Shown here in pieces: positions 53,200-64,000 of a stretch of 64,000 bases of DNA. A program made the translations under genes and the position numbers. Each line of letters starts with the position of its first letter. The first letter of the stretch is position 1. The stretch comes from Octopus vulgaris (Eukaryota). Location: positions 53,506,001-53,570,000 of the forward strand of contig OX597833.1 in assembly GCA_951406725.2 (NCBI GenBank). The letters run 5' to 3'. The notes under the pieces were generated by a model. It searched no databases, was not told the DNA's origin, and worked only from the letters and a program-made list of their open reading frames with translations.

Positions 53200-53600
53200 T
53201 TAACTCATCGTAAAGTCAATACCACCATGACTGATATCCAATCTACAGTGGAGAAGGCTAGCCACTGGATTTGGTTAAAAAGAGACAATGAGCGATGGCT
53301 AGAAGGATATTGAGCTTAACTTCATAACCAGCTGATCTAGCAAGCAGGGCCTCATATCAGTGAGGGGAGCCGGTACGCAATGATGCCGTTGAGAGGTAGG
53401 TCCCGAAACGGCGCGCATTCTCTCCTGTTGACCCCATACACTTGCTGGCTTCCGGTATACGGAGCTTTTGACTGGTAGCACTTGCATGTGCAAGTTGTTT
53501 GCAAGACATTCATTTATTATTAGGTGTTGAAATTTTCATCATACAGTCTGTGACCTGGTCACTGACCAGTTTTACTGTAACTGGTTTGAAACTTTGTTGC
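53200..53600 (+). mobile_element. HERO/NeSL-like RLE non-LTR retrotransposon 3' end
   Basis: DIQSTVEKASHWIWLKRD..W* (stop at 53311-53313) matches the E(K/R)AS.W.W.KR C-terminal motif. A GC-richer putative 3' UTR follows. Confidence 0.6.
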
Positions 53601-53630
53601 TAGCCAGTATGTATATATATATATATATAT

Positions 53631-54082
53631 CATCATCATCATCATCGTTTAACGTCCACTTTCCATGCTATCATGGGTTGGATGATTTGACTGAGGACTG
53701 GCGAACCAGATGGCTGCACCAGGCTCAAATCTGGTCTGGTAGAGTTTCTACAGCTGGATGCCCTTCCTAACACCAACCACTCCAAGAGTGTAGTGGGTGC
53801 TTTTACATGCCACTGGCACGAGGGCCAGTCAGGCTGTACTGGAAATGGCCACGCTCAAATGGTGTTTTTTACATGCCACCTGCACAGGAGCCAGTCCAGC
53901 GGCACTGGCAACGATCTCAGTCGAATGTTTTTTCATGTGCCAGTAAGGCGACGCTGGTAACAATCATGCACGAATGGTGCTTTTTATGTGCCACCAGCAT
54001 GGAAGCCAGTTAGCTGCTCTGGCAACGATCATGCTCAGATAGTGCTCTTAGTGCTCCACAAGCACAGATGCCAGTCATCGAA
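53631..54082 (-). mobile_element. SINE family C
   Basis: (ATC)n tail, internal subrepeats, and a 5' end matching ~17455. Confidence 0.85.
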
Positions 54083-54098
54083 TATATATATATATATA

Positions 54099-54565
54099 TG
54101 TAGTGACGCTACTGTGTAAGTTTCAGCTCACATGCGCAGAATTGGATTACTTCCGGTTGGCCACCGGAAGTTTTCCTCGTGCGCATGTGCAGGAACTGGA
54201 ACCTAAAAGCCTGACCGCTCTATTGGTCTTTCTGGCATGAGCAGCACTAGCGGTCGAACATGGCTTGACTTTCTCTCAGGGAACAACCCTACACACAGAG
54301 AACCTCACCCCAACGAAGCGGGAGTGAACTCCAAATCATCTTGACTCGCACGAGAAAACATTGCAACCAGTCCTGTGGATTTGGCTGCCGGCTTCCCTAC
54401 TAGAGATACATGTGTACACGCTCTTACCTGTAAACCGCAGAATAAACCACCACTTACTGTTATCGAAGATAGCCTGACTTTGTCTCTGTTTATTCAACTT
54501 GAATTGAATGTGGCAGGATCAGACCAGACACCCCTCCAGTTTTCCTGAATTCTCATCCTGTTACA
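54099..54565 (+). mobile_element. Solo LTR (Gypsy-like)
   Basis: TGTA...TACA termini, tata on both flanks, internal AATAAA at ~54441, 467 bp long. Confidence 0.7.
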
Positions 54566-54568
54566 TAT

Positions 54569-54919
54569 ACTCTTTACTCTTTTACTTGTTTCAGTCATTT
54601 GACTGCGGCCATGCTGGAGCACCGCCTTTAGTCGAGCAAATCGACCCCGGAACTTATTCTTTGTAAGCCCAGTACTTATTCTATCGGTCTCTTTTGTCGA
54701 ACCGCTAAGTGGCGGGGACGTAGACACACCAGCATCGGTTGTCAAGCAATGCTAGGGGGACAAACAGTTTCAGTTTCCGTCTACCAAATCCACTCACAAG
54801 GCATTGGTCGGCCCGGGGCTATAGCAGAAGACACTTGCCCAAGATGCCACGCAGTGTGACTGAACCCGCAACCATGTGGTTGGTTAGCAAGCTACTTACC
54901 ACACAGCCACTCCTGCGCC
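54569..54919 (-). mobile_element. SINE family A lacking the microsatellite linker
   Basis: ggacaaaca is joined directly to gtttcagtttccgtc. Confidence 0.88.
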
Positions 54920-55109
54920 TATATAGAATCGTTTGTAGAAATACATTAATTTGGAGAAGCACACTAAGATGTGGAGAAGTTAATATTATAGTGGATTAGG
55001 CTAGTTTATGGGGTTACCCTGCATTTCTCACTCATAAGGGATTTAGCCTTATGGTCTATCATCAGACCCCAAAAACTGCTGGCCTGAGACCACCTACAAC
55101 AGAAACAGG

Positions 55110-55320
55110 CTCAATGACATCACACGCCCACAGAAGTACATGGAGTGCACTGGAAACTCTCCCAAACAGCATATTTCCAATCATCTGTCCTCCTTCAGAG
55201 TCCTGGAAAGGAGATACATTACATCACTGGCCAGCCATATCTGGCAGTTACAAGACAAAGGGATTCCATACTCAATCACATGGAAAATACTCAAGAACGC
55301 AGGCCCCTACATCAACAGGA
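55110..55320 (+). pseudogene. Penelope-like element GIY-YIG endonuclease fragment
   Basis: KYMECTGNSPKQHISNHLSSFR...TSLASHIWQLQDKGIPYSITWKILKNAGPY resembles the YIG.T...FK.R..NH..SF...T.LS.HIW.LK.....I.W.I......Y pattern of PLE endonucleases. Confidence 0.75.
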
Positions 55321-55321
55321 G

Positions 55322-55434
55322 CCCTAACCCTAAACGAGATTGAAATGCAATAGATCGATTCTAGGGTCATAATTATGGGTGACAACTTCATACGACACCG
55401 CTAGAAAAAACTGCCGTTCAAACCGAAAAGATCC
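55322..55434. mobile_element. Opposite end of a GGATC-terminated MITE
   Basis: Begins ccctaaccctaa and ends ctgccgttcaaaccgaaaagatcc. Confidence 0.7.
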
Positions 55435-56049
55435 CATTTTTGAATACATAAAAAGTGTTGTGTTCGCTTTTCATTTATTTCTGGAAGTGTTAGTATTTTC
55501 GTCACACCACTGTGACCTGGTTGCTGGCACAATTCCAATACAGCACTTGTTGAGGATTTGTGACTGTTATCAGATCCCAGTTGTACAACCTGGAAGGAAA
55601 TAAGTGATAAGTAAATGTAATGGGTTTTTTTTTTTCTCAGTGTTTTTAGATTACTAAAATAATTATTTCACGACGTAGCTAAATACAAAAATACATATGA
55701 AGCGTAAGCACAGAACCTACATTTATTACACCATCATATATTTAGCTTTTTGTTACCAATAGAAAGGACAAGTGTTATCTTTTACTAAATATATTTCAGA
55801 TCTCGACAAAATACATTGATGCTTATACTGACAAAATTTTAAATCGGTTTTTAAACGTACAAGAAACAAAATACTTATAACATGTAAAATGGCCGCTGAG
55901 AAAAAAAGTATGAAACATAAGTATGAGGGCGAGCTTTCTTATCAAACGATAATGTGATTATATAAACGATTTATTTTACTTTTATATTATAAGGTCACAA
56001 ACGACTAGAGTTTTACAACCACAACGCAACAAAGCTAATTATACGGAAT

Positions 56050-57578
56050 AAGGTCTTAGTCTCTATATTCCAGTTTTATCACAGCGACATATTTTTGTGT
56101 GACACCGGTTTTAATAAATAAACAATTATCAATGTTTTCCGGCAATTATTAAAATATCTTTGCAAAATACAAGCGAAAATGTTATAAAATAATGATTTTA
56201 AAATCGAATAAAAACCGAAATAGTCTATATGTACGGGAATGGCAATATGTCTCAGTACTATTTATATATTATCTAAAGATTTATATATCTCATACAATAC
56301 ACTTTAAACGTGCCCTGCAGTGTTTCTATTTCTCAATTTTTAACCTATTTTCCCGAAGTTGGCACACTCAGGTCGTATATATTGATGTATGAAACCCCAA
56401 TGTCTTGTCTCTTATTCCCGTACCTTTAGACTATTTCAGTTTCTTATTCCAGTTTTACCACAGCGACATATTTTTGTGTGACACCGGTTTTAATAAATAA
56501 ACAATTCTGAATGTTTTCTTGCAATTATTAAAATATCTTTGCAAAACACAAGCAAAATGTTATAAAATAATGATTTTAAAATCGAATAAAAACTGAAATA
56601 GTCTATATGTACGGGAATGGTAATATGTCTCAGTACTATTTATATATATTATCTAAAGATTTATATATCTCATACAATACGCTTTAAACGTTCCCTGCAG
56701 TGTTTCTATTTCTCAATTTTTAACCTATTTTCCCGAAGTTGGCACACTCAGGTCGTATATATTGATGTATGAAACCCCAAGGTCTTGTCTCTTATTCCCG
56801 TACATATAGACTATTTCAGTTTCTTATTCCAGTTTTATCACAGCGACATATTTTTGTATGACACCGGTTTTAATAAATAAACAATTCTCAGTGTTTTCCT
56901 GCAATTATTAAAATATCTTCTTTGCAAAACACAAGCAAAATGTTATAAAATAATGATTTTAAGCGATCTTTCGTCTCTAGTAGACCTTTCCGTCGATTTC
57001 CGTAAAAATATTTTTTTTTACATATGGGCTTGCGGGGACTTTTGAAGTAATATACATACATATACACATACACCGAGTAAAAAAATTCAGTTATCTCTTT
57101 CTTTCACACATTACTCTGTCTCTTCACACACACTAACAGAAGCACTTCACTTACACAACATACTGTCTGTCTCCCACATCCTATCAAACACACACACACA
57201 CACATGTACATCAATGCTTCACATGCACGGTAACTTCAAAAGAACATCCCTCGTCATACAATCGCTTTCTCTTAGTCTCTTTCGCTCTCATTACTTCAAA
57301 AGTTCCCGCAAGCCCATATGTAAAAAAAAAAAATTTTTTTACGGAAATCGACGGAAAGGTCTACTCGAGACGAAAGATTGCCTGATTTTAAAATGGAATA
57401 AAAACTGAAATAGTCTAACTGAAATATGTCTCAGTACTATTTATATATTATCTAAAGATTTATATATCTCATACAATACACTTTAAACGTTCCCTGCAGT
57501 GTTTCTATTTCTCAATTTTTAACCTATTTTCCCGAAGTTGGCACACTCAGGTCGTATATATTGATGTATGAAACCCCC
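56050..57578. repeat. ~380-bp tandem repeat, three units (third interrupted)
   Basis: ccagtttta at 56070, 56449 and 56829. Units end ...gatgtatgaaacccc. Confidence 0.93.
56962..57382. mobile_element. MITE with ~90-bp TIRs and an 8-bp TSD (Merlin-like)
   Basis: TSD tgatttta at 56954-56961 and 57383-57390. TIR (g)gcgatctttcgtctc.agtagacctttccgtcg. The empty site is visible in the other two repeat units. Confidence 0.88.
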
Positions 57579-57867
57579 TTGATAATTTTCCTTTCGAAGT
57601 TTATTTTCGTCGTGCCAAATAATACGAGGTGGCGTGCGCTGAGGGTAGAGGTAATGTCAAGACCAACAGCTCGTTTTGGGCGATCAGGTTGCAAATTGCG
57701 TGTGATTGAAAGACTGTTTGTTCACTTTCGTTTGGATAGACAGATAATACTAGAGGGGAAATATTGTAAACATCACACAACATACAGTCTCGTCTTCCTG
57801 CTCCTATAAATCTGAGATAAGGGTCGTAAATCACTTCCTAGTTTCGGCGGGGTAGGTTGAAATTTGA

Positions 57868-58325
57868 TATTGTTGTGATGAGTGGTCAGTCTACATCTAT
57901 CCATCACTTACAGGTTTATAGCTTCGTATTTCGTCTGCCGTTACGTTCTGAGTTCAAATTCCGCCGAGGTCGACTTTGCCTTTCATCCTTTCGGGGTCGA
58001 TTAAAATAACTACCAGTTACGCACTGGGATCGATGTAATTGACTTAATCCCTTTGTCTGTCCTTGTTTGTCCTCTCTGTGTTTAGCCCCTTATGTGTAGT
58101 AAAGAAATAGGTTTATAGCTTCAAGTTTATAGTGTGTATGTGCGTGCATATACACATACATACATATATACATACATACACACAGGCGTACGTACGCGCG
58201 TACGCCTGTGTGTATGTATGTATGTATGCATGTGTGTGTATATGCACGCACATACACACTATAAACTTAAAGCTATAAACCTGTAGTGATGGATAGATGT
58301 AGACTGACCACTCATCACAACAATA
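57868..58325. repeat. Long palindrome (~125-bp arms) with a SINE B insertion in the left arm
   Basis: tattgttgtgatgagtggtcagtc... mirrors ...gactgaccactcatcacaacaata, with the centre at 58193-58198. Confidence 0.9.
57926..58108 (+). mobile_element. 5'-truncated SINE family B with a 14-bp TSD
   Basis: TSD aggtttatagcttc at 57912-57925 and 58109-58122. Confidence 0.9.
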
Positions 58326-58439
58326 GGCGTACGTACGTACATACATACATACATGCATGCATGCATATATGCGTGTATACATACATACGTACATATATAT
58401 GACGAACTAACTGTTACTTTCTCAGATGCAGCACGGATT

Positions 58440-58490
58440 TTTGTCAGTGAACAGGTTGTGGTCTTATAGCGACGAAAATATTTTGACAAA
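58440..58490 (+). ncRNA. Minimal type I hammerhead fold with a G3:C8 swapped core
   Basis: TTTGTCA-GTGAACA-g-GTTGT(ggtcttata)GCGAC-GAA-AATATT-T-TGACAAA: 7-bp stem I, 5-bp stem II, palindromic helix III, UUU triplet. Confidence 0.7.
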
Positions 58491-59186
58491 TTAAACTTAA
58501 ATGTTGAATTGAATCGAACGGCTTTTGTGTGTTTCTTAAATGGCTTACAAACACCTTCCACGCTGCAAAAAAAAAATAATTATAATAATAAAAAGGAGCG
58601 AGTAAGGGAAATAGTAATTTAATCACACATTTATATATGTAAGACACACACACACATATAATGTGCATGTATTTGTAAAAGTGGAAGTAGCAGGAAATTA
58701 GAACTCAATGCTTCAGTTTATATGCTTTTAATTGACAGAAACGTGACTCTAGAGCCGAGTGTTTCGTGTGTTACACGAGAGAGAGAGAGAATGCAGGAGG
58801 GGAGAAAAAGATTTAAGAGGAAGTAACCCGTAATTTTGGCTCCGAAATAGAGATTTCAAAATTAGAAAGATAACGTCTGATTTCTTCTGCACATGCGTGG
58901 ATTCGTACATATGTAATGAATAAACAAGGTGCGCGCGGACGTGCTGCAATATGTATTCTTTAAAGGGTGCTCGTTCTGTCTTTTTAAAGGGTTTGTTTGA
59001 AAAAACGTGACTGTCCCACCGTCCATCATTTTAAAGCGTTCTGACCATGCCCGTCCTGTCGCTTTTTAAAAATCGTTGCAACCATGATCGTCCACGCACG
59101 CGCAATTGAATCAAACCTTTTCTTTCTAATATAGAAGTTTCAATTTGTTGTTCATTGAGCGTAGCAACATCTCTCTCTCGCTCTCG

Positions 59187-59236
<50 letters not shown>

Positions 59237-59339
59237 TATATATATATAGCAAAAATTTAGATTCAAATGAATATGGTACTTAATTTAGATGCATCAGAAT
59301 TTTGTATGGTGTTATCCATAAAAATCCGTGGGGTGATTA

Positions 59340-59371
<32 letters not shown>

Positions 59372-59436
59372 ATTTGGGAGTTCGATTTTGCTCTAATTTA
59401 ATAGTGATTTTATCTAGTCCTAAGCTCCTTCTATAA

Positions 59437-59522
<86 letters not shown>

Positions 59523-60012
59523 ATATGGGGCTCTATATCAATAATATCTACATCAATGTGCATGTCTGTGTGTGAACGTGGTAATTCTAGGGGTATACTG
59601 TGCTAATCAATAATTCCTAATAATACAACGGTGCAGGGTCAGAAAAAGAAAAACCGCTGGATTTAAAAGCCTTTCAGTGTTAATTCTAAATTCAAATACC
59701 GCGGTGTTGACTGCATTCAATTGTCTCGTAATAATCGATGTCCTTTAGTCCCAGGTTATTATCGATCGAGCGATTGAATTTGTCACGAAAATCCCAGTTA
59801 CAAACCTCTTATATTTTAATTATCCTAAGGCTACAATATCCACCTTGTCCTTCCTTTAAGTTATATATTTTTTAAAGACGCTAGTATGTGATTAGGTTAC
59901 TATTTCTAGCAGGTCATATGGGCGAGAAGCATCCAAGTCGGCTTATCTACTTACTACCAGTTATGTCCTAAGGTCGATTCTATTGACTATATCTCACCCC
60001 TTTCATTTTGTA

Positions 60013-60418
60013 TACTCTTTTACTCTTTTACTTGTTTCAGTCATTTGACTGCGGCCATGCTGGAGCACCGCCTTCAATTGAGCAACTCGACCCCGGGACC
60101 CACTCTTTTGTAAGCCCAGTACTTATTCTATCGGTCTCCCTTGCCGAACCGCTAAGTAACGGGGACATAAACACACCAGCACCGGTTGTCAAGCAATGCT
60201 AGGGGGGACAAACACAGACACACAAACACACACATGTATATATATACATATATACGACGGGCTTCTTTTCAGTTTCCGTCTACCAAATCCACTCACAAGG
60301 CTTTGGTCGGCCCGAGACTATAGTAGAAGACACTTGCCCAAGGTGCCACGCAGTGGGACTGAACCCAGAACCATGTGGTTGGTAAACAAGCTACTTACCA
60401 CACAGCCACTCCTGCGCC
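60013..60418 (-). mobile_element. SINE family A
   Basis: Full-length match to the family. Confidence 0.9.
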
Positions 60419-60924
60419 TATCTTTGTTCAAATGTAAGAAATAAAATTTCGTAACTAGTATTATAATTAAATATATCAAAATCATCGACATAAAAAAACA
60501 AGTAGAAAACAACAATAGCTACTAAAAATATAATTAGATTTTTTTTAAAAATTAAATAAAATTAGATTTTCATTGGAAAATTTCACAATGAATATTAAAC
60601 AGAAATTATATATTTCCTGACGAATTTTGCTGACGGTAATTGAATTAGAAGAGAGGAGGTAGATTTCCAGGTACCTTCACGCACTTCGTTAAGAAATGAC
60701 ACTTAATAAAAATTGGATTGATTAGTCTTGGCTTTCACTTCAATTTCAGTTTACATATTATCTTGTAACGTAGAATCCATGATAGCTTCGCTTTACACTC
60801 CACCTCTCAATGTGTGTGCGTGAAGGTATATGCACATACATACATATATATATATACATGCCTATGCACGTACTTAATACACATATGTAACCCTCCCCTC
60901 TTTCTCTTTCTTTCTTTCTTTCTT

Positions 60925-60979
<55 letters not shown>

Positions 60980-61009
60980 ATGTATAGACACATGGATATA
61001 TATATATCA

Positions 61010-61202
61010 AAATGTGACCCCGTGTGTACCGTTGGCGATTTTTTTCCCTCTGTCTTCCCTTCTCTTATGTTTCCGACGAAGAGCTCCGCTCGAAACGTTA
61101 AACCTTCCTTCTTTCCTTCTTTCTTGAGCGTCCAATAATACTATATTTGTTCCACGTCCTTGCGTTGTTGTGGTTTTTTTGTGCTTTCTTGTTTGTATTA
61201 AC
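61010..61202 (+). mobile_element. Dispersed hammerhead-bearing unit between TA runs; monomeric relative of the 93-bp satellite
   Basis: Reverse complement reads ggtttaacgtttcgagcggagctcttcgtcggaaacataagagaagggaagac...aaaatcgccaacggtac. Confidence 0.8.
61069..61103 (+). ncRNA. Minimal type I hammerhead (U4C variant, GUU triplet)
   Basis: GTTT-CCGACGA-A-GAGC(TCC)GCTC-GAA-ACGT-T-AAAC. Confidence 0.78.
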
Positions 61203-61253
61203 TATATATATATAGTTATGTGTGTGTATACATGTATATGTGGACAGACAGAG

Positions 61254-61316
<63 letters not shown>

Positions 61317-62025
61317 CAGACAAATGTGGGTGGGTATGCATATATATGTATGTATGTATGAATGTATGTGAGTGTGCACATGTATTTGCAAAACAGCTTA
61401 TTTATCAAGTTCATTTTACCTTTTGATATCTATATAACTTCCTTGTAGTTTATTTTGAATTGTAAAATACTTAAATGCATCATCCAATGTTTCTACGAAA
61501 ATGCACATTGCAAATAAAAAAAAGGCTTTTTATGACAGGTAACGACAAATATATACATTTAGATGGACTGAGGTAGTAATAAAAGTCATAAAAGACATTA
61601 TTATGAGATGATTAGAAGATGATAATAAAGTAAGAAAACAAAGCGAACCATGGTTTCCGCAAAAAGCTATTCATATATATATATATTTATATATGCATGT
61701 ATGTATATATATATATGTTTGTGTCTGCCCACACCCACCATCACTTGACAACTGATGCTGGTGTGTCTACATCCACGTAACTTAGCAGTTTGGCAAAAGG
61801 GATCAATAAATAAGTACTAAGGTTACAAAGAATAAGTCCTGGAGTTGATTCGTCTGACTAAAGGCAGTGCTCCAACATGGCCACAATCAAATGGCTGAAA
61901 CAAGTAAAAGAGAAGATATGTATGTGTGCAAATATATATATATATATATATATCATAACAAGTTATATGCTTTTTATTCACTGTCATATCAAGGAGATAG
62001 TATAGAGATTGTCAGGGAAAAAATT

Positions 62026-62066
<41 letters not shown>

Positions 62067-62621
62067 GGCATGTAAAATGAAAGTGAGTGGAAGGATGAGG
62101 TGTTTATCACACTGCCCTGACTGGTAAACTGGGAAAGAAGGGATCTGTGGGGAATGACAATGAGAGCGAGTTGGAACAAGAGGTTAGCTTTATGTTGCTT
62201 TAAGCAAATCTCTGTATACTAATAAGTAAAATGGAGAATTAAATATGAAACAGAAATGGTAGAATTATAAAATGTACTCAGCTTCTGTTTATAAGCCGCT
62301 ACATGCTGCAGTTTTTGTATATGTGTTACTACGAAAACATATTCATTTAATGCAATAAAAAATTTTTAAAAAATAAATTCCATAATAGAAAATATCACAA
62401 AAGCGTTTCAGCTATAAACATTCAGTGAAGCAAAATTTTACTTTCATTTCAATAAACACGATAATAAAAAAATATTCCTATATAAAATATAAAACAAAAA
62501 CAAAAGAGGAAAGACTTTTATATAATTGGTAAATGTTTTACATGACTTTAACATTATATTAAATTATATATATTGCATAAATATACATATATGCATATAT
62601 TTATATATATATATATATATA

Positions 62622-63014
62622 CTAGCAGTATCGCCCGGCGTTGCTTGGGTTTGTAAGGGAATTAACTATATAAGCATTTTTAGAGAGTTATAGCCAAAAA
62701 ATAGCAAAAAAATGCATTAAAAATGGAAAAAAATGATGGTAAATTTTTTTTTAAATCGTTGACTCATCGTAGACATTTTTAGAGAGTTACTTCCCTTCTA
62801 TAATAGCGAAAAAAATGCATTAAAATGGAAAAAAATGATGGTAAATTTTTTTTTAAATCGTAGACTCATCGTAGATGCGCGCTAATACCCAGAAGGGCTC
62901 GATATGAATCACGACTATGAGATACCCTGGTTAAACTGCACTGCAAAATGTGGGAGTAGTTAGGAATCTAAATCGTAGGAGACAGACACACAACTTCACT
63001 TTTATATATAAAGA
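62622..63014 (-). mobile_element. Non-autonomous Helitron with an internal ~105-bp duplication
   Basis: On the minus strand: A|TC start, hairpin cccaagcaacgccggg and CTAG|T end. Same family as 9291-9491. Confidence 0.82.
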
Positions 63015-63019
63015 TATAC

Positions 63020-63087
<68 letters not shown>

Positions 63088-63271
63088 TCCCAAAAAGATG
63101 ATGAACAAGCACAAAAAAAAAAAATGCGAGATCTGGTACATGTAAAGTATTAGCAGACACTCAGGAAAGGAAAGAAAGATGGTTTAACGTTTCGAGCAAT
63201 GCTTTTCTTCAAAGTCCAATAGAAAGAAAGACAGAGGAAGAAAAGAAATATATATATATATATATATATTA

Positions 63272-63678
63272 GGCGCAGGAGTGGCTGTGTGGTAAGTAGC
63301 TTGCTTACCAGCCACATGGTTCCGGGTTCAGTCCCACTGCGTGGCACCTTGGGCAAGTGTCTTCTACTGTAGCCTCGGGCCGACCAAAGCCTTGTGAGTG
63401 GATTTGGTAGATGGAAACTGAAAGAAGCACGTTGTATATATATATATATATATGTGTATGTGCATGTTTGTGTGTCTGTGTTTGTCCCCCCAACATTGCT
63501 TGACAACCGATGCTGGTGTGTTTACGTCCCCGTAACTTAGCGGTTAGGCAAAAAGAGACCGATAGAATAAGTACTGGGCTTACAACGAATAAATCCTGGG
63601 GTCGATTTGTTCGACTAAAGGCGGTGCTCCAGCATGGCCACAGTCAAATGACTGAAACAAGTAAAAGAGCAAAAGAGA
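63272..63678 (+). mobile_element. SINE family A, full length
   Basis: Full-length match to the family. Confidence 0.9.
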
Positions 63679-64000
63679 CCGAGTTATTTACTAGAGTTCC
63701 AATAGATACCAAATACACATTTTAACATCATTTTTGTCTTCTCCATTTCTGTGTTCACATTTCACTTAATTAATTAATTTTGCTATGGTTTGTAAATAAC
63801 TATGGAGGTCTGTTTGTAATTAATTTTGCTATGGTTTGTAAATAATTATGGAGTCTGTTTGTAATTTCAAAAATATACTATCATTATTTTTAATTAAAAT
63901 TTCACAACAGTGACTAAACTGTTCAGTGGACCAGTTGAAAAAAAAAAATGTAAGTAAAAGCTAAAGTTTCTGTGCTTATATACAATGGTGTGATATTACT

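Overview
AT-rich, repeat-dense eukaryotic DNA with no recognisable host protein-coding exon. It is most likely from an octopus or related cephalopod, inferred from the SINE families and the (TA)n/(TATG)n/(GAT)n/(AAT)n microsatellite load. Almost all ORFs in the track are artefacts of microsatellites, satellites and SINEs. The window holds four dispersed SINE families, LINE remnants (RTE, CR1/L2-like, R4/Dong-like, HERO-like), Tc1/mariner remnants, MITEs and fold-backs, two Helitrons, a Helentron-like element, a solo LTR, a Gypsy gag fragment and several tandem arrays. The main hidden signal is a set of minimal type I hammerhead-ribozyme folds of the kind carried by Penelope-like elements (PLEs) and retrozymes. 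They lie at 8845-8890, 11918-12005, 27289-27324, 34432-34477, 58440-58490 and 61069-61103, mostly in short units lodged in or beside microsatellites. One has a swapped G3:C8 core pair. Two fold-back inversions break at the ribozyme helix III, and a PLE-type GIY-YIG fragment lies at about 55.1-55.3 kb. The 93-bp satellite filling 1-4081 is about 44 tandem copies of one such hammerhead module, with a mutated core. All ribozyme calls are hand-folded predictions; activity is untested.
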